From the NCBI GenBank assembly GCA_030390025.1, contig JASTWF010000104.1, positions 248,001-312,000 of the forward strand: DNA of 64,000 nucleotides. Reading direction: 5' to 3'. How positions within the stretch are numbered: position 1 is the stretch's first letter; every line of letters begins with the position of its first letter. Below, piece after piece: positions 1-13,000 of this stretch. The translations under genes and the position numbers were made by a program. This DNA is from Squalus acanthias (lineage: Eukaryota). The notes beneath the pieces are model-generated. The model worked only from the letters and a program-made list of their open reading frames with translations, did no database searches and was not told the origin of the DNA.

Positions 1-52
1 AGGCTGTAATGAGGTCGGCAGCTGAGTGGTCTTGGCGGAACCCAAACTGGGC
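1..52 (-). mobile_element. Small fragment of a non-LTR retrotransposon RT (CR1/L2-like)
   Basis: Reverse strand reads ..QFGFRQDHSAADLITA.., the QxGFR motif of LINE reverse transcriptases; cut by the window edge. Confidence 0.5.
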
Positions 53-335
53 TGCCTGCCTCTCTCCCGGGGCTTTGTCTGCACCCGGGTGGCCCTGGAG
101 AAGGAGTCCGCCAGGGCGCTTTAGGCCTTCTGTGACCGGTGGGCACCGCAGGGACTGGAGTGTGGAGTGGATAGTGAAGTAGCCTGATGATTTAATTTGT
201 TCAGTTTCCTTTATTTTTTATGAGTTGGGTTTTATAATTTGTGTCCCTCTCAATAGTGGGCTCTTTTGTTAGATGATTTTGATTGATGACACCGGGACCA
301 TCCAGGGTCTCCTTATTGTTTCAATGAAAAGAGTA
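53..335 (+). mobile_element. Degenerate 3' end of an L1/Tx1-like LINE with T-rich 3' UTR
   Basis: Translates CLPLSRGFVCTRVALEKE..AFCDRWAPQGLEC, resembling the C-terminus of fish Tx1-like ORF2 (from recall), followed by a T-rich tail. Confidence 0.4.
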
Positions 336-3300
336 GAGCTGTGAGATTCTCAGTGATGAAGACAGCAGCCCCAGGTCCGCTCTAACCTGCTCCATCCTTT
401 CTCAATTCCTTGTACCTTTCAGTGAATATTTCTGCCGTCACTGTCACTGAGCCATGTGTCAGCCATGCACTAAACAGCTCATTTATCCAAGACAGTTGAG
501 GTTGGTGATCTAATTCTAATACGTCTTATGTTTGCATAAAAACATTTAAAGGTTTAACATTGCTTCTTCAGAGTTCTCATACGCCAGCTAGAGAGTTTAA
601 TGATCAATATAGATGCACTGATTCTCCAACCCAAGCAGCTTATTTGCAACATGTCTACAATGTATATATTATATATAACTGTGGGGTGAGTCAGTACAGG
701 AGGCGGTGCTGTTTGTCCATTATTATATATTCTATATAACTGTGGGGTGAGTCAGTACAGGAGGCGGTGTTGTTTGTCCATTATTATATATTCTATATAA
801 CTGTGGGGTGAGTCAGTACAGGAGGCGGTGCTGTGTGTCCATTATTATATATTATATATAACTGTGGGGTGAGTCAGTACAGGAGGTGGTGCCGTGTGTC
901 CATTATTATACATTATATATAACTGTGGGGTGAGTCAGTACAGGAGGCGGTGCTGTGTGTCCATTATTATATATTATATATAACTGTGGGGTGAGTCAGT
1001 ACAGGAGGTGGTGCTGTGTGTCCATTATTATATATTATATATAACTGTGGGGTGAGTCAGTACAGGAGGCGGTGCTGTGTGTCCATTATTATATATTATA
1101 TATAACTGTGGAGTGAGTCAGTACAGGAGGCGGTGCCCTGTGTCCATTATTATATATTATATATAACTGTGGGGTGAGTCAGTAGAGGAGGTGGTGCTGT
1201 GTGTCCATTATTATATATTATATATAACTGTGGAGTGAGTCAGTACAGGAGGCGGTGCCCTGTGTCCATTATTATATATTATATATAACTGTGGGGTGAG
1301 TCAGTACAGGAGGCGGTGCCGTGTGTCCATTATTATATATTATATATAACTGTGGGGTGAGTCAGTACAGGAGGTGGTCCCTGTGTCCATTATTATATAT
1401 GATATATAACTGTGGGGTGAGTCAGTACAGGAGGTGGTGCTGTGTGTCCATTATTATATATTATATATAACTGTGGGGTGAGTCAGTACAGGAGGTGGTG
1501 CTGTGTGTCCATTATTATATATTATATATAACTGTGGGGTGAGTCAGTACAGGAGGCGGTGCTGTGTGTCCATTATTATATATTATATATAACTGTGGGG
1601 TGAGTCAGTACAGGAGGTGGTGCTGTGTGTCCATTATTATATATTATATATAATTGTGGGGTGACTCAGTACAGGAGGCGGTGCTGTGTGTCCATTATTA
1701 TATATTATATATAACTGTGGGGTGAGTCAGTACAGGAGGCGGTGCTGTGTGTCCATTATTATATATTATATATAACTGTGGGGTGAGACAGTACAGGAGT
1801 TGGTGCTGTGTGTCCATTATTATATATTATATACAACTGTGGGGTGAGTCAGTACAGGAGGCGGTGCTGTGTGTCCATTATTATATATTATATATAACTG
1901 TGGGGTGAGTCAGTACAGGAGGCGGTGCTGTGTGTCCATTATTATATATTATATATAACTGTGGGGTGTGTCAGTACAGGAGGCGGTGCTGTGTGTCCAT
2001 TATTATATATTATATATAACTGTGAGGTGAGTCAGAACAGGAGGCGGTGCCGTGTGTCCATTATTATATATTACATATAACTGTGGGGTGAGTCAGTACA
2101 GGAGGCGGTGCTGTGTGTCCATTATTATATATCATATATAACTGTGGGGTGAGTCAGTACAGGAGGCGGTGCCGTGTGTCCATTATTATATATTATATAT
2201 AACTGTGGGGTGAGTCAGTACAGGAGGTGGTGCTGTGTGTCCATTATTATATATTATATATAACTGTGGGGTGAGTCAGTACAGGAGGCGGTGCTGTGTG
2301 TCCATTATTATATATTATATATAACTGTGAGGTGAGTCAGTACAGGAGGTGGTCCCTGTGTCCATTATTATATATTATATATAACTGTGGGGTGAGTCAG
2401 TACAGGAGGTGGTCCCTGTGTCCATTATTATATATTATATATAACTGTGGGGTGAGTCAGTACAGGAGGCGGTGCTGTGTGTCCATTATTATATATAACT
2501 GTGGGGTGAGTCAGTACAGGAGGTGGTGCTGTGTGTCCATTATTATATATTATATATAACTGTGGGGTGAGTCAGTACAGGAGGCGGTGCTGTGTGTCCA
2601 TTATTATATATTATATATAACTGTGAGGTGAGTCAGTACAGGAGGTGGTCCCTGTGTCCATTATTATATATTATATATAACTGTGGGGTGAGTCAGTACA
2701 GGAGGCAGTGCTGTGTGTCCATTATTATATATTATATATAACTGTGGGGTGAGTCAGTACAGGAGGCGGTGCTGTGTGTCCATTATTATATATTATATAT
2801 AACTGTGGGGTGAGTCAGTACAGGAGGCGGTGCTGTGTGTCCATTATTATATATTATATTTAACTGTGGGGTGAGTCAGTACAGGAGGCGGTGCTGTGTG
2901 TCCATTATTATATATTATATATAACTGTGGGGTGAGTCAGTACAGGAGGCGGTGCTGTGTGTCCATTATTATATATTATATATAACTGTGGGGTGAGTCA
3001 GTACAGGAGGCGGTGCTGTGTGTCCATTATTATATATTATATAACTGTGAGGTGAGTCAGTACAGGAGGCGGTGCTGTGTGTCCATTATTATATATTATA
3101 TATAACTGTGGGGTGAGTCAGTACAGGAGGCGGTGCTGTGTGTCCATTATTATATATTATATATAACTGTGGGGTGAGTCAGTACAGGAGGCGGTGCTGT
3201 GTGTCCATTATTATATATTATATTTAACTGTGGGGTGAGTCAGTACAGGAGGCGGTGCTGTGTGTCCATTATTATATATTATATATAACTGTGGGGTGAG

Positions 3301-6300
3301 TCAGTACAGGAGGCGGTGCTGTGTGTCTATTATTATATATTATATATAACTGTGGGGTGAGTCAGTACAGGAGGCGGTGCCGTGTGTCCATTATTATATA
3401 TTATATATAACTGTGGGGTGAGTCAGTACAGGAGGCGGTGCCGTGTGTCCATTATTATATATTATATATAACTGTGGGGTGAGTCAGTACAGGAGGCGGT
3501 GCCGTGTGTCCATTATTATATATAATATACAACTGTGGGGTGAGTCAGTACAGGAGGCGGTGCTGTGTGTCCATTATTATATATTATATATAACTGTGGG
3601 GTGAGTCAGTAAAGGAGGCGGTGCTGTGTGTCCATTATTATATATTATATATAACTGTGGGTGAGTCAGTACAGGAGGCGGTGCTGTGTGTCCATTATTA
3701 TATATTATATATAACTGTGGGGAGTGTCAGTACAGGAGGCGGTGCTGGGTGTCCATTATTATATATTATATATAACTGTGGGGTGAGTCAGTACAGGAGG
3801 TGGTGCTGTGTGTCCATTATTATATATTATATATAACTGTGGGGTGAGTCAGTACAGGAGGCGGTGCTGGGTGTCCATTATTATCTATTATATATAACTG
3901 TGGGGTGAGTCAGTACAGGAGGCGGTGCCGTGTGTCCATTATTATATATTATATATAACTGTGGGGTGAGTCAGTACAGGAGGCGGTGCTGTGTGTCCAT
4001 TATTATATATTATATATAACTGTGGGGTGAGTCAGTACAGGAGGCGGTGCTGTGTGTCCATTATTATATATTATATATAACTGTGGGGTGAGTCAGTACA
4101 GGAGGTGGTGCTGTGTGTCCATTATTATATATTATATATAACTGTGGGGTGAGTCAGTACAGGAGGCGGTGCCGTGTGTCCATTATTATATATTATATAT
4201 AACTGTGGGGTGAGTCAGTACAGGAGGCGGTGCCGTGTGTCCATTATTATATATTATATATAACTGTGGGGTGAGTCAGTACAGGAGGCGGTGCTGTGTG
4301 TCCATTATTATATATTATATATAACTGTGGGGTGAGTCAGTACAGGAGGCGGTGCTGTGTGTCCATTATTATATATTATATATAACTGTGGGGTGAGTCA
4401 GTACAGGAGGCGGTGCTGTGTGTCCATTATTATATATTATATATAACTGTGGGGTGTTTCAGTACAGGAGGCGGTGCTGTGTGTCCATTATAATATACTA
4501 TATATAACTGTGGGGTGAGTCAGTACAGGAGTCGGTGCTGTGTGTCCATTATTAGATATTATATATAACTGTGGGGTGAGTCAGTACAGGAGGCGGTGCT
4601 GTGTGTCCATTATTATATATTATATATAACTGTGGGGTGTTTCAGTACAGGAGGCGGAGCTGTGTGTCCATTATTATATATTATATATAACTGTGGGGTG
4701 AGTCAGTACAGGAGGCGGTGCTGTGTGTCCATTATTATATATTATATATAACTGTGGGGTGAGACAGTACAGGAGTGGTGCTGTGTGTCCATTATTATAT
4801 ATTATATACAACTGTGGGGTGAGTCAGTACAGGAGGCGGTGCTGTGTGTCCATTATTATATATTATATATAACTGTGGGGTGAGTCAGTACAGGAGGCGG
4901 TGCTGTGTGTCCATTATTATATATTATATATAACTGTGGGGTGTGTCAGCACAGGAGGCGGTGCTGTGTGTCCATTATTATATATTATATATAACTGTGA
5001 GGTGAGTCAGAACAGGAGGCGGTGCCGTGTGTCCATTATTATATATTACATATAACTGTGGGGTGAGTCAGTACAGGAGGCGGTGCTGTGTGTCCATTAT
5101 TATATATCATATATAACTGTGGGGTGAGTCAGTACAGGAGGCGGTGCCGTGTGTCCATTATTATATATTATATATAACTGTGGGGTGAGTCAGTACAGGA
5201 GGTGGTGCTGTGTGTCCATTATTATATATTATATATAACTGTGGGGTGAGTCAGTACAGGAGGCGGTGCTGTGTGTCCATTATTACATATTATGTATAAA
5301 TGTGGGGTGAGTCAGTACAGGAGGCGGTGCTGTGTGTCCATTATTATATATTATAGAAACTGTGGGGTGAGTCAGTACAGGAGGTGGTGCCCTGTGTCCA
5401 TTATTATATGTTATATATAACTGTGGGGTGAGTCAGTACAGGAGGTGGTCCCTGTGTCCATTATTATATATTATATATAACTGTGGGGTGAGTCAGTACA
5501 GGAGGCGGTGCTGTGTGTCCATTATTATATATTATATATAACTGTGGGGTGAGTCAGTACAGGAGGCGGTGCTGTGTGTCCATTATTATATATTATATAT
5601 AACTGTGGGGTGAGTCAGTACAGGAGGCGGTGCTGTGTGTCCATTATTATATATTATATATAACTGTGAGGTGAGTCAGTACAGGAGGTGGTCCCTGTGT
5701 CCATTATTATATATTATATATAACTGTGGGGTGAGTCAGTACAGGAGGTGGTCCCTGTGTCCATTATTATATATTATATATAACTGTGGGGTGAGTCAGT
5801 ACAGGAGGCGGTGCTGTGTGTCCATTATTATATATAACTGTGGGGTGAGTCAGTACAGGAGGTGGTGCTGTGTGTCCATTATTATATATTATATATAACT
5901 GTGGGGTGAGTCAGTACAGGAGGCGGTGCTGTGTGTCCATTATTATATATTATATATAACTGTGAGGTGAGTCAGTACAGGAGGTGGTCCCTGTGTCCAT
6001 TATTATATATTATATATAACTGTGGGGTGAGTCAGTACAGGAGGCGGTGCTGTGTGTCCATTATTATATATTATATATAACTGTGGGGTGAGTCAGTACA
6101 GGAGGCGGTGCTGTGTGTCCATTATTATATATTATATATAACTGTGGGGTGAGTCAGTACAGGAGGCGGTGCTGTGTGTCCATTATTATATATTATATTT
6201 AACTGTGGGGTGAGTCAGTACAGGAGGCGGTGCTGTGTGTCCATTATTATATATTATATATAACTGTGGGGTGAGTCAGTACAGGAGGCGGTGCTGTGTG

Positions 6301-9300
6301 TCCATTATTATATATTATATATAACTGTGGGGTGAGTCAGTACAGGAGGCGGTGCTGTGTGTCCATTATTATATATTATATATAACTGTGGGGTGAGTCA
6401 GTACAGGAGGCGGTGCTGTGTGTCCATTATTATATATTATATATAACTGTGGGGTGAGTCAGTACAGGAGGCGGTGCTGTGTGTCCATTATTATATATTA
6501 TATATAACTGTGGGGTGAGTCAGTACAGGAGGCGGTGCTGTGTGTCCATTATTATATATTATATATAACTGTGGGGTGAGTCAGTACAGGAGGCGGTGCT
6601 GTGTGTCCATTATTATATATTATATATAACTGTGGGGTGAGTCAGTACAGGAGGCGGTGCTGTGTGTCCATTATTATATATTATATATAACTGTGGGGTG
6701 AGTCAGTACAGGAGGCGGTGCTGTGTGTCCATTATTATATATTATATATAACTGTGGGGTGAGTCAGTACAGGAGGCGGTGCTGTGTGTCCATTATTATA
6801 TATTATATATAACTGTGGGGTGAGTCAGTACAGGAGGCGGTGCTGTGTGTCCATTATTATATATTATATATAACTGTGGGGTGAGTCAGTACAGGAGGCG
6901 GTGCTGTGTGTCCATTATTATATATTTATATAACTGTGGGGTGAGTCAGTACAGGAGGCGGTGCTGTGTGTCCATTATTATATATTATATATAACTGTGG
7001 GGTGAGTCAGTACAGGAGGTGGTGCCTGTGTCCATTATTATATGTTATATATAACTGTGGGGTGAGTCAGTACAGGAGGTGGTCCCTGTGTCCATTATTA
7101 TATATTATATATAACTGTGGGGTGAGTCAGTACAGGAGGCGGTGCTGTGTGTCCATTATTATATATTATATATAACTGTGGGGTGAGTCAGTACAGGAGG
7201 TGGTGCTGTGTGTCCATTATTATATATTATATATAACTGTGGGGTGAGTCAGTACAGGAGGCGGTGCTGTGTGTCCATTATTATATATTATATATAACTT
7301 TGAGGTGAGTCAGTACAGGAGGTGGTCCCTGTGTCCATTATTATATATTATATATAACTGTGGGGTGAGTCAGTACAGGAGGCGGTGCTGTGTGTCCATT
7401 ATTATATGTTATATATAACTGTGGGGTGAGTCAGTACAGGAGGCGGTGCTGTGTGTCCATTATTATATATTATATATAACTGTGGGGTGAGTCAGTACAG
7501 GAGGCGGTGCTGTGTGTCCATTATTATATATTATATATAACTGTGGGGTGAGTCAGTACAGGAGGCGGTGCTGTGTGTCCATTATTATATATTATATATA
7601 ACTGTGGGGTGAGTCAGTACAGGAGGCGGTGCTGTGTGTCCATTATTATATATTATATATAACTGTGGGGTGAGTCAGTACAGGAGGCGGTGCTGTGTGT
7701 CCATTATTATATATTATATATAACTGTGGGGTGAGTCAGTACAGGAGGCGGTGCTGTGTGTCCATTATTATATATTTTATAACTGTGGGGTGAGTCAGTA
7801 CAGGAGGCGGTGCTGTGTGTCCATTATTATATATTATATATAACTGTGGGGTGAGTCAGTACAGGAGGTGGTGCCCTGTGTCCATTGTTATATGTTATAT
7901 ATAACTGTGGGGTGAGTCAGTACAGGAGGTGGTCCCTGTGTCCATTATTATATATTATATATAACTGTGGGGTGAGTCAGTACAGGAGGCGGTGCTGTGT
8001 GTCCATTATTATATATTATATATAACTGTGGGGTGAGTCAGTACAGGAGGTGGTGCTGTGTGTCCATTATTATATATTATATATAACTGTGGGGTGAGTC
8101 AGTACAGGAGGCGGTGCTGTGTGTCCATTATTATATATTATATATAACTGTGAGGTGAGTCAGTACAGGAGGTGGTCCCTGTGTCCATTATTATATATTA
8201 TATATAACTGTGGGGTGAGTCAGTACAGGAGGCGGTGCTGTGTGTCCATTATTATATATTATATATAACTGTGGGGTGAGTCAGTACAGGAGGCGGTGCT
8301 GTGTGTCCATTATTATATATTATATATAACTGTGGGGTGAGTCAGTACAGGAGGCGGTGCTGTGTGTCCATTATTATATATTATATATAACTGTGGGGTG
8401 AGTCAGTACAGGAGGTGGTGCTGTGTGTCCATTATTATATATTATATATAACTGTGGGGTGAGTCAGTACAGGAGGCGGTGCTGTGTGTCCATTATTATA
8501 TATTATATATAACTGTGTGGTGAGTCAGTACAGGAGGCGGTGCTGTGTGTCCTTTATTATATATTATATATAACTGTGGGGTGAGTCAGTACAGGAGGCG
8601 GTGCTGTGTGTCCATTATTATATGTAATATATAACTGTGGGGTGAGTCAGTACAGGAGGCGGTGCTGTGTGTCCATTATTATATATTATATATAACTGTG
8701 GGGTGAGTCAGTACAGGAGGCGGTGCTGTGTGTCCATTATTATATATTATATATAACTGTGGGGTGAGTCAGTACAGGAGGCGGTGCTGTGTGTCCATTA
8801 TTATATATTATATATAACTCTGGGGTGAGTCAGTACAGGAGGCGGTGCTGTGTGTCCATTATTATATATTATATATAACTGTGGGGTGAGTCAGTACAGG
8901 AGGTGGTGCTGTGTGTCTATTATTATATATTATATATAACTGTGGGGTGAGTCAGTACAGGAGGTGGTGCTGTGTGTCCATTATTATATATTATTTATAA
9001 CTGTGGGGTGAGTCAGTACAGGACGCGGTGCCGTGTGTCCATTATTATATATTATATATAACTGTGGGGAGTGTCAGTACAGGAGGCGGTGCTGTGTGTC
9101 CATTATTATCTATTATATATAATTGTGGGGTGTGTCAGTACAGGAGGCGGTGCTGTGTGTCCATTATTATATATCATATATAACTGTGGGGTGAGTCAGT
9201 ACAGGAGGCGGTGCTGTGTGTCCATTATTATATATTATATATAACTGTGGGGTGAGTCAGTACAGGAGGCGGTGCTGTGTGTCCATTATTATATATTATA

Positions 9301-11925
9301 TATAACTGTGGGATGAGTCAGTACAGGAGGCGGTGCTGTGTGTCCATTATTATATATTATATATAACTGTGGGGAGTGTCAGTACAGGAGGCGGTGCTGG
9401 GTGTCCATTATTATATATTATATATAACTGTGGGGTGAGTCAGTACAGGAGGTGGTGCTGTGTGTCCATTATTATATATTATATATAACTGTGGGGAGTG
9501 TCAGTACAGGAGGCGGTGCTGGGTGTCCATTATTATATATTATATATAACTGTGGGGTGAGTCAGTACAGGAGGCGGTGCCGTGTGTCCATTATTATATA
9601 TTATATATAACTGTGGGGTGAGTCAGTACAGGAGGCGGTGCTGTGTGTCCATTATTATATGTTATATATAACTGTGGGGTGAGTCAGTACAGGAGGTGGT
9701 GCTGTGTGTCCATTATTATATATTATATATAACTGTGGGGTGAGTCAGTACAGGAGGCGGTGCCGTGTGTCCATTATTATATATTATATATAACTGTGGG
9801 GTGAGTCAGTACAGGAGGCGGTGCCGTGTGTCCATTATTATATATTATATATAACTGTGGGGTGAGTCAGTACAGGAGGCGGTGCTGTGTGTCCATTATT
9901 ATATATTATATATAACTGTGGGGTGTTTCAGTACAGGAGGCGGTGCTGTGTGTCCATTATAATATACTATATATAACTGTGGGGTGAGTCAGTACAGGAG
10001 TCGGTGCTGTGTGTCCATTATTATATATTATATATAACTGTGGGGTGAGTCAGTACAGGAGGCGGTGCTGTGTGTCCATTATTATATATTATATATAACT
10101 GTGGGGTGTTTCAGTACAGGAGGCGGTGCTGTGTGTCCATTATTATATATTATATATAACTGTGGGGTGAGTCAGTACAGGAGGCGGTGCTGTGTGTCCA
10201 TTATTATATATTATATATAACTGTGGGGTGAGTCAGTACAGGAGGTGGTGCCCTGTGTCCATTATTATATATTATATATAACTGTGGGGTGAGTCAGTAC
10301 AGGAGGCGGTGCCCTGTGTCCATTATTATATATTATATATAACTGTGGGGTGAGTCAGTACAGGAGGCGGTGCTGTGTGTCCATTATTATATATTATATA
10401 TAACTGTGGGGTGAGTCAGTACAGGAGGTGGTGCTGTGTGTCCATTATTATATATTATATATAACTGTGGGGTGAGTCAGTACAGGAGGCGGTGCTGTGT
10501 GTCCATTATTATATATTATATATTACTGTGGGGTGAGTCAGTACAGGAGGCGGTGCTGTGTGTCCATTATTATATATAATATATAACTGTGGGGTGAGTC
10601 AGTACAGGAGGCGGTGCTGTGTGTCCATTATTATATATTATATATAACTGTGGGGTGAGTCAGTACAGGAGGCGGTGCTGTGTGTCCATTATTATATATT
10701 ATATATAACTGTGGGGTGAGTCAGTACAGGAGGCGGTGCTGTGTGTCCATTTTTATATATTATATATAACTCTGGGGTGAGTCAGTACAGGAGGCGGTGC
10801 TGTGTGTCCATTATTATATATTATATATAACTGTGGGGTGAGTCAGTACAGGAGGTGGTGCTGTGTGTCCATTATTATATATTATATATAACTGTGGGGT
10901 GAGTCAGTACAGGAGGCGGTGCTGTGTGTCCATTATTATATATTATATATAACTGTGGGGTGAGTCAGTACAGGAGTCGGTGCTGTGTGTCCATTATTAT
11001 ATATTATATATAACTGTGGGGTGAGTCAGTACAGGAGGCGGTGCTGTGTGTCCATTATTATATATTATATATAACTGTGGGGTGTTTCAGTACAGGAGTC
11101 GGTGCTGTGTGTCCATTATTATATATTATATATAACTGTGGGGTGAGTCAGTACAGGAGGCGGTGCTGTGTGTCCATTATTATATATTATATATAACTGT
11201 GGGGTGTTTCAGTACAGGAGGCGGTGCTGTGTGTCCATTATTATATATTATATATAACTGTGGGGTGAGTCAGTACAGGAGGCGGTGCTATGTGTCCATT
11301 ATTATATATTATATATAACTGTAGGGTGAGTCAGTACAGGAGGCGGTGCTGTGTGTCCATTATTATATATTATATATAACTGTGGGGTGAGTCAGTACAG
11401 GAGGCGGTGCTGTGTGTCCATTATTATATATTATATATAACTGTGGGTGAGTCAGTACAGGAGGCGGTGCTGTGTGTCCATTATTATATATTATATATAA
11501 CTGTGGGGTGAGGTCAGTACAGGAGGCGGTGCTGTGTGTCCATTATTATATATTATATATAACTGTGGGGTGAGTCAGTACAGGAGGCGGTGCTGTGTGT
11601 CCATTATTATATATTATATATAACTGTGGGGTGAGTCAGTACAGGAGGCGGTGCTGTGTGTCCATTATTATATATTATATATAACTGTGGGGTGAGTCAG
11701 TACAGGAGGCGGTGCTGTGTGTCCATTATTATATATTATATATAACTGTGGGGTGAGTCAGTACAGGAGGCGGTGCTGTGTGTCCATTATTATATATTAT
11801 ATATAACTGTGGGGTGAGTCAGTACAGGAGGCGGTGCTGTGTGTCCATTATTATATATTATATATAACTGTGGGGTGAGTCAGTACAGGAGGCGGTGCTG
11901 TGTGTCCATTATTATATATTATATA

Positions 11926-13000
11926 AAATAACAACAGAAAACGCTGGAAAAACTCAGCAGGCCAGGCAGCATCCGTGGAGAGAGAAAGAGAGTTAACCTT
12001 TCAGGTCGATGACCATTCGTCAGAACTGTGAAGAGCTGGAAATCAAATAGATTTAAGGCCAGAGTAAAGCTGGGAAAAGGGGGAGGGGATAAAAGAACAA
12101 AGGGGGGATGAAGAGACATTAAGAGACATTAAGAGATATGCAAGGCTAGAGGTGGTGTTAATGTGACAGATTAAGGCTGAAAGAAGTGTGAAATCCACTG
12201 GCAGAATGAAGGACAGCTGCCAGCTTCTAGGAGGGAAAAAAAGGTGGGGGGGGGCAAATAAAAGGGTGGAAAAAGTAAAATATAAATGTGATTGGAGCTG
12301 AGGTTATGATCTAAAATTGTTGAACTCGATATTGAGTCCAGAGGGCTGTAGCGTGCCTAAACGAAAGATGAGGTGCTGTTCCTCGAGCTTACGCTGCGCT
12401 TCCGTGGAACAGTGTAATAGGCCGAGGACGGTGAGGTCAGAGTGGGAGTGAAGCGGTGAATTAAAGTGACAGGCCACCGGGAGCTCGGGGTCCCCCTTAC
12501 GGACTGAACGGAGGTGTTCCGCAAAGCGGTCACCCAATCTGCGTTTGGTCTCCCCAATGTAGAGGAGACCACATCGTGAGCAGCGAATACAGTATACTAA
12601 ATTGCAGGAAGTACAAGTAAATCGCTGTTTCACCTGGAAGGGGTGTTTGGGGCCCTGGACAGTGGGAAGAGGGGAGGTGTAAGGGCATGTGTTGCATCTC
12701 CTGCGCGTGCACGGGAAGGTGCCGGGCGAAGGGGAAGGGGTGCTGGGGGTGGTAGAGGAGTGGACTAGGGTGTCGCGGAGGGAGCGGTCCCTGCGGAATG
12801 CTGAAAGGGGAGGTGAGGGGAAGATGTGTTTGGTGGTGGGATCACGCTGGAGGTGGCGGAAATGGCGGAGGATGATCCGTTGAATGTGGAGGCTGGTGGG
12901 GTGAAAGGTGAGGACAAGGGGAACCCTATCGTGGTTCCGGGAGGGAGGGGCAGGGGTGAGGGTAGAAGTGCGGGAGATAGAACGGACACGGTCGAGGGCC
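11926..13000 (-). mobile_element. 5'-truncated Penelope-like retroelement (Neptune-like), copy 1; GIY-YIG endonuclease ORF 12304-13002, extended to 13107 through the satellite
   Basis: ORF has CxxxxCxxC linker, NLVYCIRCSRCGLLYIGETKRRLGDRFAEH (GIY-YIG core) and LGTLQPSGLN; no RT core; 3' UTR with hammerhead-like motif. Confidence 0.92.

Noticed and set aside
500-560. ATAAAAACA as the nonamer of a J RSS
   Set aside because: No CAC heptamer at 12 or 23 bp and no FGxG J frame adjacent
2296-7175. Short ORFs such as MCPLLYIIYNC..
   Set aside because: Translations of satellite units opened by 1-bp indels
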